The notes under the pieces were generated by a model that was not told the origin of the DNA, ran no database searches, and saw only the letters and a list, made by a program, of their open reading frames with translations. From an uncultured delta proteobacterium (GTDB lineage: Bacteria; Myxococcota; Myxococcia; Myxococcales; Anaeromyxobacteraceae): a stretch of 64,000 bases of DNA. Numbering within the stretch: position 1 is the stretch's first letter; every line of letters begins with the position of its first letter. Positions 27,933 to 40,593 of this stretch are shown here, piece after piece. The position numbers and the translations under genes were made by a program. The stretch is from assembly GCA_963814585.1 (NCBI GenBank), contig CAWFDF010000003.1:352001-416000 (forward strand), written 5' to 3'.

Positions 27933-29633
27933 TCAGACCGCGGCGGTGTACCGGGCCTCGATGGCCTGGACGACCCGCCGGCGGCGCTCCTCCACGGTCA
28001 GCAGGGGATCCGACTCCACCACCGCGATCGCGTCGGCCAGGTCGCCGTCGCTCATGGCGTCGCGGACCCATCGCGAGTAGTCACCGCGACGCAGGTGGTG
28101 GAGCCAGGTGGCGTCGTCGACCTGCCCGGCGGCCTCGATGAAGGCGACCAGGTTGCGGGCGGTGACCTCCCCCTGTCCCGCCTCACCCCTGAAGACGAAG
28201 CTCTTCGGGCCGAGATCCCCCTCGGCATACTTGCGCAGGTGACGAAGCCGCTCGGAGCGGGCCCGGACCACCGCGAGGGGCGCGGGCTGCTGGCCCCCGC
28301 GGCGGTGCCAGGCCAGCGCCTCGCCGAGCACGCCGCTCGAGGGGATCTCCCCCTCCGGGCCCGGCACGCCGGCGGCCCGGACGTAGGCGCCCAGGGTCTC
28401 CGCCGGCGAGGGACCGCAGGCCACCACCACGTCCACCCGCTGGAGCACCGCGGGCACCAGGCTCCCCGGGTCCACCGTCACCAGCACCAGCTCGGACGGC
28501 AGCGGGGTGCAGGCGGTGCACTCCCTGGGGAGGAGGTGATGGGCCTCGTCCACCACGATCCAGTGGGGGTGGCCCTTCTGGGCTCGCAGCATCATCAGCC
28601 GGGGCATGAGCTGCTGGAAGAAGCCCGGACGCTCGGCGAGCGGCATCCCGATCAGGTTGACCACCACGCTGCTGGGGACGTGGTCGAGCAGGGCGATCAC
28701 CTCGGGGATCACCGGCGGGCGGAGCCGGCTCCCGGTGGTGATCAGTCCGGGCAGCGTGTCGTAGTCGCCCTCGGGGTCGATGACGCAGACCTGGTAGGCG
28801 TGGTCGACGAGCTGCTCGATCAGGCCGGCGGCGAAGGTGGACTTGCCCCCGCCCGAGGGGCCCGCCACCAGCAGCGTGAACTCGCGCGGGTGGACCCACC
28901 ACGGCGTGCCGTCGGCGAGCGTCCCGAGCAGGAGCTCCTGCTCCTCGCGCCCCGCCAGGCGCTGGCGCAGGTCGTCCGCGAGCAGCTCGTCCGCCAGCTC
29001 CACCACGCCGGCGCCGTCGGCGCCCGCCGTGGTGAAGGCCGCCTCCTCCTTGAGCCCTGGGATGGCGTTGGCGGTGGCCACGGCGCAGTCGCACATGGCG
29101 AAGAAGGAGTGGTCGTTGGCGGCGTCGCCGATCCCCACCACCTCGTGGCGGGAGAGACCCAGCGCCCGCAGCGCCGTCGCCAGGCCGGTCCCCTTGTTGA
29201 CGTGGGGCGGCAGGACCATCACGGCGTCGCCGTTGAAGACGATCTGCAGCTCCAGGCCCAGCTCGTAGATGGCCTCGAGCACCGTGGCCTCGTGCGGGTG
29301 GACGGTCGCGACCAGGACGCGCCCCACGTCGAGCGGCCGGACGCCGCGCCGCCGCAGCATCTGCGTGAAGTGGGCCGGGACGGGCCGGCACTGCAGCTCG
29401 GTCCTGCCGGTGGCCGGCCAGTGGATGACGGCGCCGTTCTCCAGGATCAGGCCGTCGAAGAGGTCGAGGCGCGGCTGGACCTGGAGGAGGTCCTCCAGCC
29501 TCCGGCCGGAGACCAGCAGGAGCCGGCGCCCCGAGGCCCGCACGCGCCCCAGGGCCTCGGCGGTGGCGGCCGCCATCCGGCCGTGGCTGGCGAGGGTGCC
29601 GTCGAAGTCGGTGGCCAGGGCCAGGTAGCGCAT
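27933..29633 (-). CDS. HAD-IIB hydrolase fused to a P-loop ATPase (HerA/DUF87-like)
   Basis: DFDGTL, VNKG, GDAAND; GPSGGGKS, IDPEGDY, VVDEAHH; C-terminal HLRRGDYSRW. Confidence 0.85.
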   Translation of the reverse strand: MRYLALATDFDGTLASHGRMAAATAEALGRVRASGRRLLLVSGRRLEDLLQVQPRLDLFDGLILENGAVIHWPATGRTELQCRPVPAHFTQMLRRRGVRPLDVGRVLVATVHPHEATVLEAIYELGLELQIVFNGDAVMVLPPHVNKGTGLATALRALGLSRHEVVGIGDAANDHSFFAMCDCAVATANAIPGLKEEAAFTTAGADGAGVVELADELLADDLRQRLAGREEQELLLGTLADGTPWWVHPREFTLLVAGPSGGGKSTFAAGLIEQLVDHAYQVCVIDPEGDYDTLPGLITTGSRLRPPVIPEVIALLDHVPSSVVVNLIGMPLAERPGFFQQLMPRLMMLRAQKGHPHWIVVDEAHHLLPRECTACTPLPSELVLVTVDPGSLVPAVLQRVDVVVACGPSPAETLGAYVRAAGVPGPEGEIPSSGVLGEALAWHRRGGQQPAPLAVVRARSERLRHLRKYAEGDLGPKSFVFRGEAGQGEVTARNLVAFIEAAGQVDDATWLHHLRRGDYSRWVRDAMSDGDLADAIAVVESDPLLTVEERRRRVVQAIEARYTAAV

Positions 29634-29764
29634 CGGGCGTCCCGCTCGCCCATCAAGCTACGCCGCCGCGCGGCGACCGGCCGTGGTCTCGCGGGGGTCG
29701 CGCGGAGGGGTGCGGCGGGGCGTCAGGCCGGCCCGCGCGGCCGCCATGGCGGCCGAGGCTGCGA

Positions 29765-31638
<1,874 letters not shown>

Positions 31639-31642
<4 letters not shown>

Positions 31643-34203
31643 GAGATCACCCTCGCGGCGGCGACGCTCGCCGCCTCTTCGGCCTGGCTGGCCAGCAGGG
31701 CCCGCACCTCGGCCGTGGTCCGGCACCTGAGCACGTCGGTGGCGAGCCCGGCGCACTCGTGCAGCCGCCACCGGGACAGCGTGGCCTTGACCCCCACGAT
31801 GGACGGCACGCTCACCGAGAGCTCGTCCACGCCCAGGCCCACCAGCAGGGGCACCGCCAGGGCATCGGAGGCGAGCCCGCCGCACACCCCCACCCACTTT
31901 CCGTACTCGTGCGCCCCCTCCACCGTCATGGCGATGAGCCGCAGCACCGCCGGGCTCAGGGCGTCGGCGTTCCTGGCCAGCTGCGGGTGGCCGCGGTCGG
32001 TGGCCAGGGTGTACTGGGTGAGGTCGTTGGTGCCGACCGAGAAGAAGTCCACCTCGCGGGCCAGCAGCTCCACGATCACCGCCGCCGACGGCACCTCGAT
32101 CATGACGCCGACCTTGACGGCCCGCTGGATGGTCTTCTGTTCCTCGGCCAGGATCTGCTTGGCGGCCCGCAGCTCCTCGAGCGAGGAGATCATGGGGAAC
32201 ATGAGGTGCAGGTTTCCCGCCGGCGCCGATCGCAGCACGGCCCGCAGCTGGGCCCGGAACAGGTCCGGGTAGGCCAGGCTGACGCGGATGCCGCGCAGCC
32301 CGAGGAAGGGGTTCTGCTCCTTCGGCATGGGCAGGTAGGGGAGCGGCTTGTCCCCGCCCACGTCCAGCGTTCGCAGGACGAACCGCCGCTCCGGGCCCAG
32401 CACCCCGGCGATGGCGGTGTAGGCCTCGGCCTGCTCGTCCTCGCTGGGGGCCGACTCGCGTCCGAAGAAGAGGAACTCCGAGCGCAGCAGGCCGACCCCC
32501 TCGGCGCCCTGGGCGATGGCCTCGCGGGCGTCCCCCAGGTTGCGGATGTTGGCGACCACCTCGACGCGGTGCCCGTCGCGGGTGCGGCCGGGCCCGATCG
32601 CGGCCGCGGCGTCGGCCTCCCGCTGGGCCGCCTGGGAGGCGATGCGCTGGCGCACCAGCTTGACCTGGACCTCGTCGGGGCTCACCCGCAGGGTGCCGAG
32701 GGTGCCGTCGACCACCACCCGCTCCCCATTCGGCAGCTGGAGGGCGGCCTCGTCGATCCCGCACACCGCCGGAATGCCGAGCGACCGGGCCAGGATGGCA
32801 ACGTGGCTGGTCGACCCGCCGGTGGTGGTGCAGAAGCCGACGATCCGCGTCCGGTCGAACTCGGCTGTCTCGGTGGGCGTCAGCTCGTCGGCGACGAGGA
32901 TCGAGCCCTCGGGGACCTCGACCTGGGCCTGGCTGATGCCGGCCAGCAGCGCCAGCAGCCGGCTGCCGATGTCACGCAGGTCGGCCGCCCGCTCGCGCAT
33001 GAGCGGGCTCTCGAGCTTCTCCAGCCGCCCGGCGTGCTGGGTGTAGGCCTCGCGCCACGCGAAGGCGGCGCTCTTTCCCTGGCCGAGCAGGGCGTCGGTG
33101 ATCTCGATGAGATCGGGGTCCTCGAGGAGCGCGATCTGCACCTCGAGGATCTGGGCCTTGGACCCATCGGCGATGTGGCGCCGCAGCGCATCGACCTGGC
33201 GCGCCGCCTCGCGGACCGCCGCGGCGAACCGCGCCCGCTCCTGCTCGAGCCCCTCGCCGTCGGGCGGGACCTCGATGGCGGCGTGTCGATGCTGGAAGAC
33301 CCGGCCCACGGCGAGGCCGGGCGAGGCCGGCACGCCGGTGAGATCCCCCGGGGAGGAGCTGACCACCCGCAGCTCCGGCGCGGCCCGTGGGAGGGCCGGA
33401 CGCTCCGCCAGGACCTCGCCGGCCGCCTCGCCGCAGCCCTCGGCGACCACCTGGACCAGGCGCTTCACCGCCGCCCGGGCGTCCCCGCCGGTGGCCTCGA
33501 ACCGGAGCTGCTCGCCCTTCCTGGTGGAGAGGCCCATGATGGCCACCACGGACTTGGCGTTGACGGTGTCCTGCCCGCGCCGGAGGCGGATGGTGGCGGT
33601 GTACTTCTTGGCCTCCCCGGCCAGCACCGCGGCCGGCCGGGCGTGCAGCCCGACCTCGTTGACCACCTCGACAGGCTCCGAGAGCACCGCCTCGCCCTCG
33701 CCCACCGCGACCGCGCCGCGGACGCCCTTCAGCTCGAGCCGGAGCAGCACCGTCTGGCCGGCCACGGCCAGGCCGTGGGCCGGCACCAGGCGCGCCACCC
33801 GCTCGCCGTCGGTGACGATCACCGCCGTGAGGAGGCTGCGGGCCCTGCGGGCCACGGCCTCCGGTTCGAAGCGCAGCACCACCTGGCCGCGCTCGACCCG
33901 GTCGCCGAGCGCGACCGCCGGGGTGAAGCCGGCGCCCGCCAGGGTGACCGTGTCGAGCCCGACGTGGACCAGCACCTCGACGCCCTCGTCGGTGGTGATG
34001 GCGAGCGCGTGGTGGGCGGCGTGGAACTGGCTGACGGCGCCGGATACGGGGGCCAGCACCTCGCAGGAGGTCGGATCGATCGCCACCCCGTCGCCGACCA
34101 TCTTCCTCGCGAACACCGGGTCCGGGACCGAGTCGAGCGGGACGATGACGCCGGAGAGCGGCGCCAGGATGTCCAAACCGGGGGTTGCTGGCATGGCTCC
34201 CAC
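31639..34203 (-). CDS. Multiphosphoryl transfer protein EIIA(Glc)-HPr-EI
   Basis: [19 protein letters not shown]; HPr [51 protein letters not shown]; start 34203 or 34194. Confidence 0.95.
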
Positions 34204-34244
34204 ACTTCCAGTCTAGCGGCGATGGGAATCGGCGGCGAGGTCGC

Positions 34245-35471
34245 TCACCGGAACTGGTAGAGGATCCGGAGGCGGACCGACTTGAGGGCGTTCTCGTACT
34301 CGCTGTTGGCGTCGGCGTCCTGGATGTGCGCCAGCGCCCAGCCGTAGACTGCCTTGACGCTCAGCCCCTCGATGGGCAGCCGGAAGAGGTAGGAGACGAA
34401 GGCCTGGTACTGCCAGTTCTCCTCCCCCTTGGCGTTCTTCTGGGTGGTGCGGTGGTAGCCGGCGCCGAAGGAGTTCTTCCAGAAGGCCAGGTCGACCCAG
34501 CCGCCCACGCTGGTCTTGTCGTAGGTCTGGGCCGCGTTCACGAGGCCGCTGATGTCGGTGACGTCCACCGTGGCGTGGGAGGCGTCCACGCCGGCGGTGA
34601 CGTAGGGGAAGATGTACTGCAGCCGGGCGCCATAGCCCTGGGCGGTGGTCTCGACCTTGTCGCCGGCCTTCACCGGCGTCTGGGTCAGGTACTCGTAGCC
34701 GCCCACGAGCTGCAGGCGGCCGAGGTGGAGGTCGACGGCCGGCCGGATGCCGAGGCTGTTCTGCTCCGTCTCGAACCCGTACACGCCTGCCAGCTCGAAG
34801 CTGAGCCAGTCGGTGGGGCGGAGGTGGAAGGCGGCCTGCCCGGGCCCGTTGGTCTGGCCGCGGGTGAAGTCGACCAGGTACAGCCGCGGTCCGCCGGAGG
34901 CGCCGGCCTCCTCGGCCGAGTAGAGCTCGATGCCCTGGCCGCGGTAGTAGATCTCCCAGGCGAGCAGGCGGCCGACCTGCAGGTCCCAGAGCGGGGTCCC
35001 GACCTGGAGGTAGACGTCCTGGACGTGGGACTCGCCGTACTTCCCGTCGGCGAAGTCGTTCACCAGCGCCAGCAGCTCCAGCTTGGCGAGGGCGGTGAGG
35101 TTGCCGAAGGTGCGCGAGTAGGTGGCGCCCAGCACGAAGCGGCCGGTCATGTACTCGGTGTTCTGGTTGGGCAGGCCGGGCTGGGTGTTGTCCCGGTTCA
35201 TGTAGCCGGTGTCCACCCAGAACTCCCCGTAGAGGCGGAGAGGGACGGCCGGCCTGGTCGGCAGGTACCAGCCCGCCATCGGGGACAGCTCCGCGGCGGC
35301 CTGGGCCACCGGGATGGCGCGTCCCTCGGTCGGCACGGCCTGGGCGGTCGGTTCGGCGGGCGGCACCGCGGGTGCGGTCGTCTCCTGGGCCATGACCGTG
35401 CCGGCCAGGCCCAGCCACAGGGCGGCGGTGAGCGGCATCCAAGGCGTGCCTGCGATCTTCTCGATCTTCAC
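34245..35471 (-). CDS. Outer-membrane beta-barrel, putative carbohydrate porin
   Basis: Signal peptide, Tyr/Trp/Phe-rich amphipathic strands, C-terminal LRILYQFR; sits between GH3 and PTS genes. Confidence 0.7.
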   Translation of the reverse strand: MKIEKIAGTPWMPLTAALWLGLAGTVMAQETTAPAVPPAEPTAQAVPTEGRAIPVAQAAAELSPMAGWYLPTRPAVPLRLYGEFWVDTGYMNRDNTQPGLPNQNTEYMTGRFVLGATYSRTFGNLTALAKLELLALVNDFADGKYGESHVQDVYLQVGTPLWDLQVGRLLAWEIYYRGQGIELYSAEEAGASGGPRLYLVDFTRGQTNGPGQAAFHLRPTDWLSFELAGVYGFETEQNSLGIRPAVDLHLGRLQLVGGYEYLTQTPVKAGDKVETTAQGYGARLQYIFPYVTAGVDASHATVDVTDISGLVNAAQTYDKTSVGGWVDLAFWKNSFGAGYHRTTQKNAKGEENWQYQAFVSYLFRLPIEGLSVKAVYGWALAHIQDADANSEYENALKSVRLRILYQFR

Positions 35472-35502
35472 GTGGTCCTCGATCCGGTCGAGCCGCGGCC
35501 GG

Positions 35503-37827
35503 TCACTGGATGGTGAACGAACCCGTCTGCAGGTTCGGGTCGGTGGTGCTCGACGACGGGCCGACGTAGAGCTGGTAGGCCATCTTCTCGACGGTCATCC
35601 TCTGGGCCGCGACGCTCCAGTAGGCGAGGTCCGCCCCCTTGACCTGGAACGTGACGGTCTGCTTGGTACCCGGGGCGAGGTCGGCGACACGGGCGAAGGC
35701 CTTGAGCTCCTTCTTGGGGCGCCCCCAGGTGTCGGCCACCGAGGTGTTGTCGAAGCCGACGTAGAGCTGGGCCACCTCGGAGCCAGCCACCGGCCCGGTG
35801 TTCTGCACGTCCACCTTGACGGTGAGCGTCCCGATCTCGGACAGGGGGGAGTTGACCACCTGGAGGTTGGAGTAGGCGAAGGTCGTGTAGGAGAGGCCGT
35901 AGCCGAACGGGTACCGCGGGGCCTTGCCCTGCCGCTCCAGCCAGCGGTAGCCGTGGTAGTAGCCGTAGCTCACGTCTCCGGTGGTGGTGTTGTCGAAGGG
36001 CGGCAGGTCGGACTCGGCCATCGGGAAGCTCTGGACCAGCTTGCCGCTCGGGTTCACGTCGCCAAAGACGATCTCACCGAGCGCGGTCCCCTCCTTCATG
36101 CCCGCGAACCAGGCCATCACCACCGCGTCGGCGCCGGCCAGCCAGGGATCGACGATGATGGCGCCGCCGCTCTTCAGCACCACGATCACCTTGAGCGCCG
36201 GGTTGGCGGTCTTGAGCGCCACCGCGTTGGCGATGTTGGTGAGGTCGCGCGCCGGGAGCGACATGCTGACCCGGTCCTTCCACTCCCCCTCCTCGCCGCT
36301 GGAGGATCTGGCCAGGTCCGCGGGGAAGTAGGCGGCCACCACCACCACCGCGTCCGAGTCCTGGATGGCGGCCTCGTTGCCGGCCACGTTCTCGAAGGTG
36401 AGCGCGCACTTGGCCACGCCGCCGCAGGAGGTCGTCGAGGTGTTGGTGGCGCCGAGGGCGGCGCTCAGCCCCTCCCACGGCGTGATCACCAGCTCGCCGT
36501 CCACCACCTTGGCGTCGGAGGAGCCCTTGTCCCCCATGTTCTCGGCGTTCGAGAACTTCCCGACCAGGGCGATCTTGGCCGTGGTGGTGCGGGACAGCGG
36601 CAGGACGTCGTCGCCGAGGGCGGCGGTCGGGCCGTTCTTGAGGAGGGTGATCCCCTCGCGAGCCGACTGCAGCGCCAGCGCCTGGGTGGCGTCCGACTTG
36701 GTCAGCCACGGCGTCCAGGCCACGGGGTGGGCGATGAGGCCGAAGTGCACCTTCGAGTAGAGGATGCGCAGCACGGCCTCGTCGACCAGCTTGACGTCCA
36801 CCTGGCCCTGGGCCAATGCCTGCACCAGCCGGCTCCCGTAGTAGTAGGTGCAGTCGAAGATGCTCGGGCAGACCCCCTCGCTGAAGGGCATCTCGATGTC
36901 GAGACCGGCCACCGGCGAGGTGAGCGTCTTCCCCTTGGCGAACCAGTCGGAGACCACCCAGCCCTGGTAGCCCCAGCCGGTCTTGAGGATGTCGCGGACC
37001 AGGTCGGTGTTCTCGCCGCTGTAGCTGCCGTTGACGCGGTTGTAGGAGGACATGACGCAGGAGACGCCCGCCTCGGTGGCCTTCCTGAAGTGCGGCAGGT
37101 AGACCTCGCGCAGGGTCCGCTCGTCCAGGACCGCGTTGACGTAGATGCGGGTGTCCTCGATGTTGTTGGCGGCGAAGTGCTTGGCGCAGGGCTGCACCCG
37201 GTAGGCGGACTGGATGACCTGGCCCGGATCGGCGGGGTCGGCCACGGCCGGGTCGTACTGGGCCCCGGTGATGAAGGACGACCCCATGGCCCCGAGCAGG
37301 AAGGAGTCCTCGCCATAGGACTCCTGGGCCCGGCCCCAGCGCGGGTGGGAGACCTGGTTGATGGTGGGGGCGAGCAGGATGTGGCGCCCGAGGTAGCGCA
37401 TCTCGTCGGCCATGCCCTTGCCGATCCTCCGCTCCAGCTCCAGGTCCCAGGAGGCGGCCCGGGCCGCGGCCACCGGGTAGACGGTGGTGCCGTAGGTGGA
37501 GTTGTACCAGCGCACGCCGCGGGGCCCGTCCATGAAGAGGAAGCCGGGGATGCCGAGCCGGGTATTCGTCCCCTGGTCGAACATGTTGTTGGGGTTGAAG
37601 GTCAGCCCACTCATCTGCTGGACCTTCTCCTCCACCGACATGGACCGCAGCAGGGAGAGGGCGGTCGTCACCTCGGCGTCGTTGCAGTCGAGCCCGACCT
37701 TGACCGCGGCCGGATCGCAGGAGGTCTCCTGGTTGGTGGGGCCCTTGGGGGACGGGCAGCCGGTGCCCGACAGGACGACCCAGGCGAGGAGGCTGGCCCT
37801 GGCCACGGCGTGGACGGTCTTCTTCAT
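35503..37827 (-). CDS. GH3 beta-glucosidase lipoprotein with C-terminal Fn3-like domain
   Basis: Lipobox LSGTGC; DGPRG, PRWGRAQESYGED, KHFAAN, MSSYN, nucleophile VSDW, YPFGYGLSYT, PKKELKAF. Confidence 0.95.
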   Translation of the reverse strand: MKKTVHAVARASLLAWVVLSGTGCPSPKGPTNQETSCDPAAVKVGLDCNDAEVTTALSLLRSMSVEEKVQQMSGLTFNPNNMFDQGTNTRLGIPGFLFMDGPRGVRWYNSTYGTTVYPVAAARAASWDLELERRIGKGMADEMRYLGRHILLAPTINQVSHPRWGRAQESYGEDSFLLGAMGSSFITGAQYDPAVADPADPGQVIQSAYRVQPCAKHFAANNIEDTRIYVNAVLDERTLREVYLPHFRKATEAGVSCVMSSYNRVNGSYSGENTDLVRDILKTGWGYQGWVVSDWFAKGKTLTSPVAGLDIEMPFSEGVCPSIFDCTYYYGSRLVQALAQGQVDVKLVDEAVLRILYSKVHFGLIAHPVAWTPWLTKSDATQALALQSAREGITLLKNGPTAALGDDVLPLSRTTTAKIALVGKFSNAENMGDKGSSDAKVVDGELVITPWEGLSAALGATNTSTTSCGGVAKCALTFENVAGNEAAIQDSDAVVVVAAYFPADLARSSSGEEGEWKDRVSMSLPARDLTNIANAVALKTANPALKVIVVLKSGGAIIVDPWLAGADAVVMAWFAGMKEGTALGEIVFGDVNPSGKLVQSFPMAESDLPPFDNTTTGDVSYGYYHGYRWLERQGKAPRYPFGYGLSYTTFAYSNLQVVNSPLSEIGTLTVKVDVQNTGPVAGSEVAQLYVGFDNTSVADTWGRPKKELKAFARVADLAPGTKQTVTFQVKGADLAYWSVAAQRMTVEKMAYQLYVGPSSSTTDPNLQTGSFTIQ

Positions 37828-37893
37828 GAGTCTCTCGATCGCCTGGGATGGATGGAGGGGGCCGGCGGCGGCGAGGCCGCCGGCCTGGCAAGA

Positions 37894-40386
37894 TCAGAAC
37901 ATGTTGGTCGGAATGCCGAATCCCTTGACGAAGGTCGCGTGCTGGCCGTCGCCGGGGAGGTCCGACACCTGGGACGCGGCCGCCGCGTCGGAGAGCGGCA
38001 GCCCGACCGGCAGCGTGCCCCGCCCGTTGACGATGCCGAAGGCCACGTCGAGGAAGATCTTGTCGGTGATGTTGGGCGGCGTGGTCCCGTTCCACTGCAC
38101 GTAGAGGCCGCTCACCCCCATGGCCAGGATCTCGCTCACCACCGATGGCCTTCCGGCGTCCACGCCGACGATGATCTGGGCCTGCGAGGGCGAGGTGGGG
38201 TGGGCCTGGTTCCAGGCGGTGATGGCGTCGCGCGCGGCGATGACGGGCTGCAGCGCCGAGGCGTTGGCGCTGCCGGCGTACTCCAGCGACTGCAGCGGGT
38301 AGGAGAAGCTCCCGCTGTCCGGGTCCACGGTGAACGGCGCCGCGAGGCGGATGAAGACGTAGTCGGAGAGGGCCATCCGCTCGGCGTCCGTGGTCACCGG
38401 CACCGTCTTCACCGAGGAGGTGCCGTTGGTCATGGTGCCGTAGCCGGTGGAGACCGAACCGACGTAGTTCGAATCGAAGTCGCCGGCGATGAAGTAGTCG
38501 CAGCCGGCGGCGATGTAGGGTGAGCCGGGAGGCGCGGGGAGCACCTTGAGCGTGCCGTTGCCGGCGTTCCCCGGGTCCCCGGTCTGCGTGCCGTCGCCGG
38601 AGCCATTGAGCCAGCCCATCGGCTTGGCGGCGTTGACGAGGAGCACCATGCCCCGGTTCCCGGCGTCGAGGCCACCGTTGAGGGCCGTGTCGCTGTTCAC
38701 CAGCGCCGGCGCCATGTTCGGGTCGACGTAGGGGTTCTCGAAGAGCCCGAGCCGGAAGGCCAGCGCCAGCGCCCGTCTTGCCGAGGCGTCGATCTGGGCG
38801 TCGGAGATGTCACCGGCGGTCCGGGCCGCCGCGACCGGCGTGACGTCGGCCAGGCCGCCGAACTGGTCGACGCCGGCGTCCACCGCCTTGGCGAGGCGCT
38901 GGGCCTGGGTCAGCCCCTCCACGCCCCACGGGGCGCCGAACCCGGAGGCCGTGGGCGGGATCACCTCGTTGTCGAGAACGCCCCAGGGGGCCAGCACCAG
39001 GCCGCCGAAGGCGTAGGAGCCGCGCAGGGCGTCGGTGAGGAGCTTGGCGTTGAACGAGGCGCCCACCTGCTCGATGGTGGACCCGTCGAGGACGCCGGCC
39101 AGGCCGGTCCAGGTGCCCCTCTCGGGGACGCCGTGGGCCGGCATGACGCCGGCCACGCCGGCGGTGATGGCCCTGGCGAACGGCGCCAGGTGGGCGTCGA
39201 CGGCGTTGCCCGGGTAGCCGACCAGCCGGCCCTTGGCCAGCTTGGCGTCCCAGCCGCCCTTGGCCGGGCCGGCCCCAGGGAAGGAGTTGACCACGCAGGC
39301 GAGGCTGGTCGGGCCCAGGGTGTCTCCCTGGGCCGCCTTCACGAAGGCCTCGACCCGGTTGGCCACAGCCACGGAGTCCTCACCGTAGGTGAACTGCGAG
39401 CCGAACCAGCGTGGCTCGGTGGCCAGGTTGGCCGAGGGGCCGAGCAACATGCGGACGCCGATGGCCCGGAACTCCTGCGAGACCACCTGGCCGAACAGCT
39501 GGATCAGGGCCAGGTCGTCGCTGGCAGCGAGCGAGAGCTCGCTCGGCCACTTCGAGAAGTCCCTGGCCTTGACCCGGCCGTTGCCCGAGGAGTGGGCCGG
39601 CTGGCTGGAGATGACGAAGGGGACGCCGAGGGTGGTGGCCTCGCAGGCCTCCTGGACGGCGTTGGCCCAGGTGGCGCGCGGCCTGGGCTGCGTGCTGGTG
39701 GCGGTGGAGAGGCCGAAGCGGACGCCACTGGTGATGAGGGAGAGTGTTGCAGGCAGGAGCACGTTGGTGTCGGCCAGCGAGGGGTGGAGCTGCAGCGCCA
39801 TCCTCTGGTCGACCGTCATACGGCCGGCCAGATCGGTGGCCCGTGCGTCGGCGGTTTGGGTCCAGTCCTCGTAGGGCTGGAGGGCGCTGTCGTTGTTCAG
39901 GTCCCTGAACTGCAGGTCCACCGGGCACTCCACCAGGGCATTCCCGGCCACGCTGGCGAAGGCGGTGGTGAAGGTCCTGACGGTCTTGCCCGACGAGGGC
40001 CTCACCGCCAGCACCGGCTGCGCGGCGACGAGCTCCGCCTTCCGGGTCACGTTGGCGGCCTTGTCGCACTCCGCGAGCACCACGGCCGAGAAGGTCGCGC
40101 CGATGACCTTGTCGGCGTCCATCGTGATGGTTGCGGGGCTCGTGCTCCCGGTCAGCGCGCCAGTCCAGGCGGAGAACTGGTAACCGCCAGCCGGCGTGGC
40201 CGTGACGGTCACCACGGTGCCTGCGGTGTAGGTCCCACCCGACGGGTTGAGTGTGATGGTCCCGTTGGACGGGGTCGTCACCGTGAGGACGTACTGCACC
40301 GCCGGGGTGCTGTCGCCGCCACCGCAGGCCGCCATGCCAAGCAGGAGGGCCGCCGCAACCGTCCTTCCGAGAGCTCTCGTCGTCAT
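37894..40386 (-). CDS. GH3-fold lipoprotein with N-terminal bacterial repeat domain; predicted catalytically inactive
   Basis: Lipobox LGMAAC; repeat YVLTV..GGTYTAGT..F..WTG; FRDLNND..PYEDW, LGLFENPY; nucleophile position reads LAPW. Confidence 0.85.
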   Translation of the reverse strand: MTTRALGRTVAAALLLGMAACGGGDSTPAVQYVLTVTTPSNGTITLNPSGGTYTAGTVVTVTATPAGGYQFSAWTGALTGSTSPATITMDADKVIGATFSAVVLAECDKAANVTRKAELVAAQPVLAVRPSSGKTVRTFTTAFASVAGNALVECPVDLQFRDLNNDSALQPYEDWTQTADARATDLAGRMTVDQRMALQLHPSLADTNVLLPATLSLITSGVRFGLSTATSTQPRPRATWANAVQEACEATTLGVPFVISSQPAHSSGNGRVKARDFSKWPSELSLAASDDLALIQLFGQVVSQEFRAIGVRMLLGPSANLATEPRWFGSQFTYGEDSVAVANRVEAFVKAAQGDTLGPTSLACVVNSFPGAGPAKGGWDAKLAKGRLVGYPGNAVDAHLAPFARAITAGVAGVMPAHGVPERGTWTGLAGVLDGSTIEQVGASFNAKLLTDALRGSYAFGGLVLAPWGVLDNEVIPPTASGFGAPWGVEGLTQAQRLAKAVDAGVDQFGGLADVTPVAAARTAGDISDAQIDASARRALALAFRLGLFENPYVDPNMAPALVNSDTALNGGLDAGNRGMVLLVNAAKPMGWLNGSGDGTQTGDPGNAGNGTLKVLPAPPGSPYIAAGCDYFIAGDFDSNYVGSVSTGYGTMTNGTSSVKTVPVTTDAERMALSDYVFIRLAAPFTVDPDSGSFSYPLQSLEYAGSANASALQPVIAARDAITAWNQAHPTSPSQAQIIVGVDAGRPSVVSEILAMGVSGLYVQWNGTTPPNITDKIFLDVAFGIVNGRGTLPVGLPLSDAAAASQVSDLPGDGQHATFVKGFGIPTNMF

Positions 40387-40593
40387 GGTCCTCTCCTCGC
40401 CTTTCCCCGGGATCCGCCCGGGATGTTCCCTGGAGCTGCACCCCGTCCCGAGTCCGCCACCCACCCGGCAGGAACACCAGCCCGGTGGGCACCGGACTCG
40501 CGGAGAGGGCGGCCAGGCCGGGGTCCGCGCTGGACCCCGGCGTTGCGCGCCTTCTCCATCCGCGGGAACGTCCCGCGGTTCGAGTCCCTCGGC

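Noticed and set aside
40500..40593. GGTTCGAGTCCC resembling a tRNA T-loop
   Set aside because: No 5-bp T-stem, acceptor stem or anticodon arm can be formed
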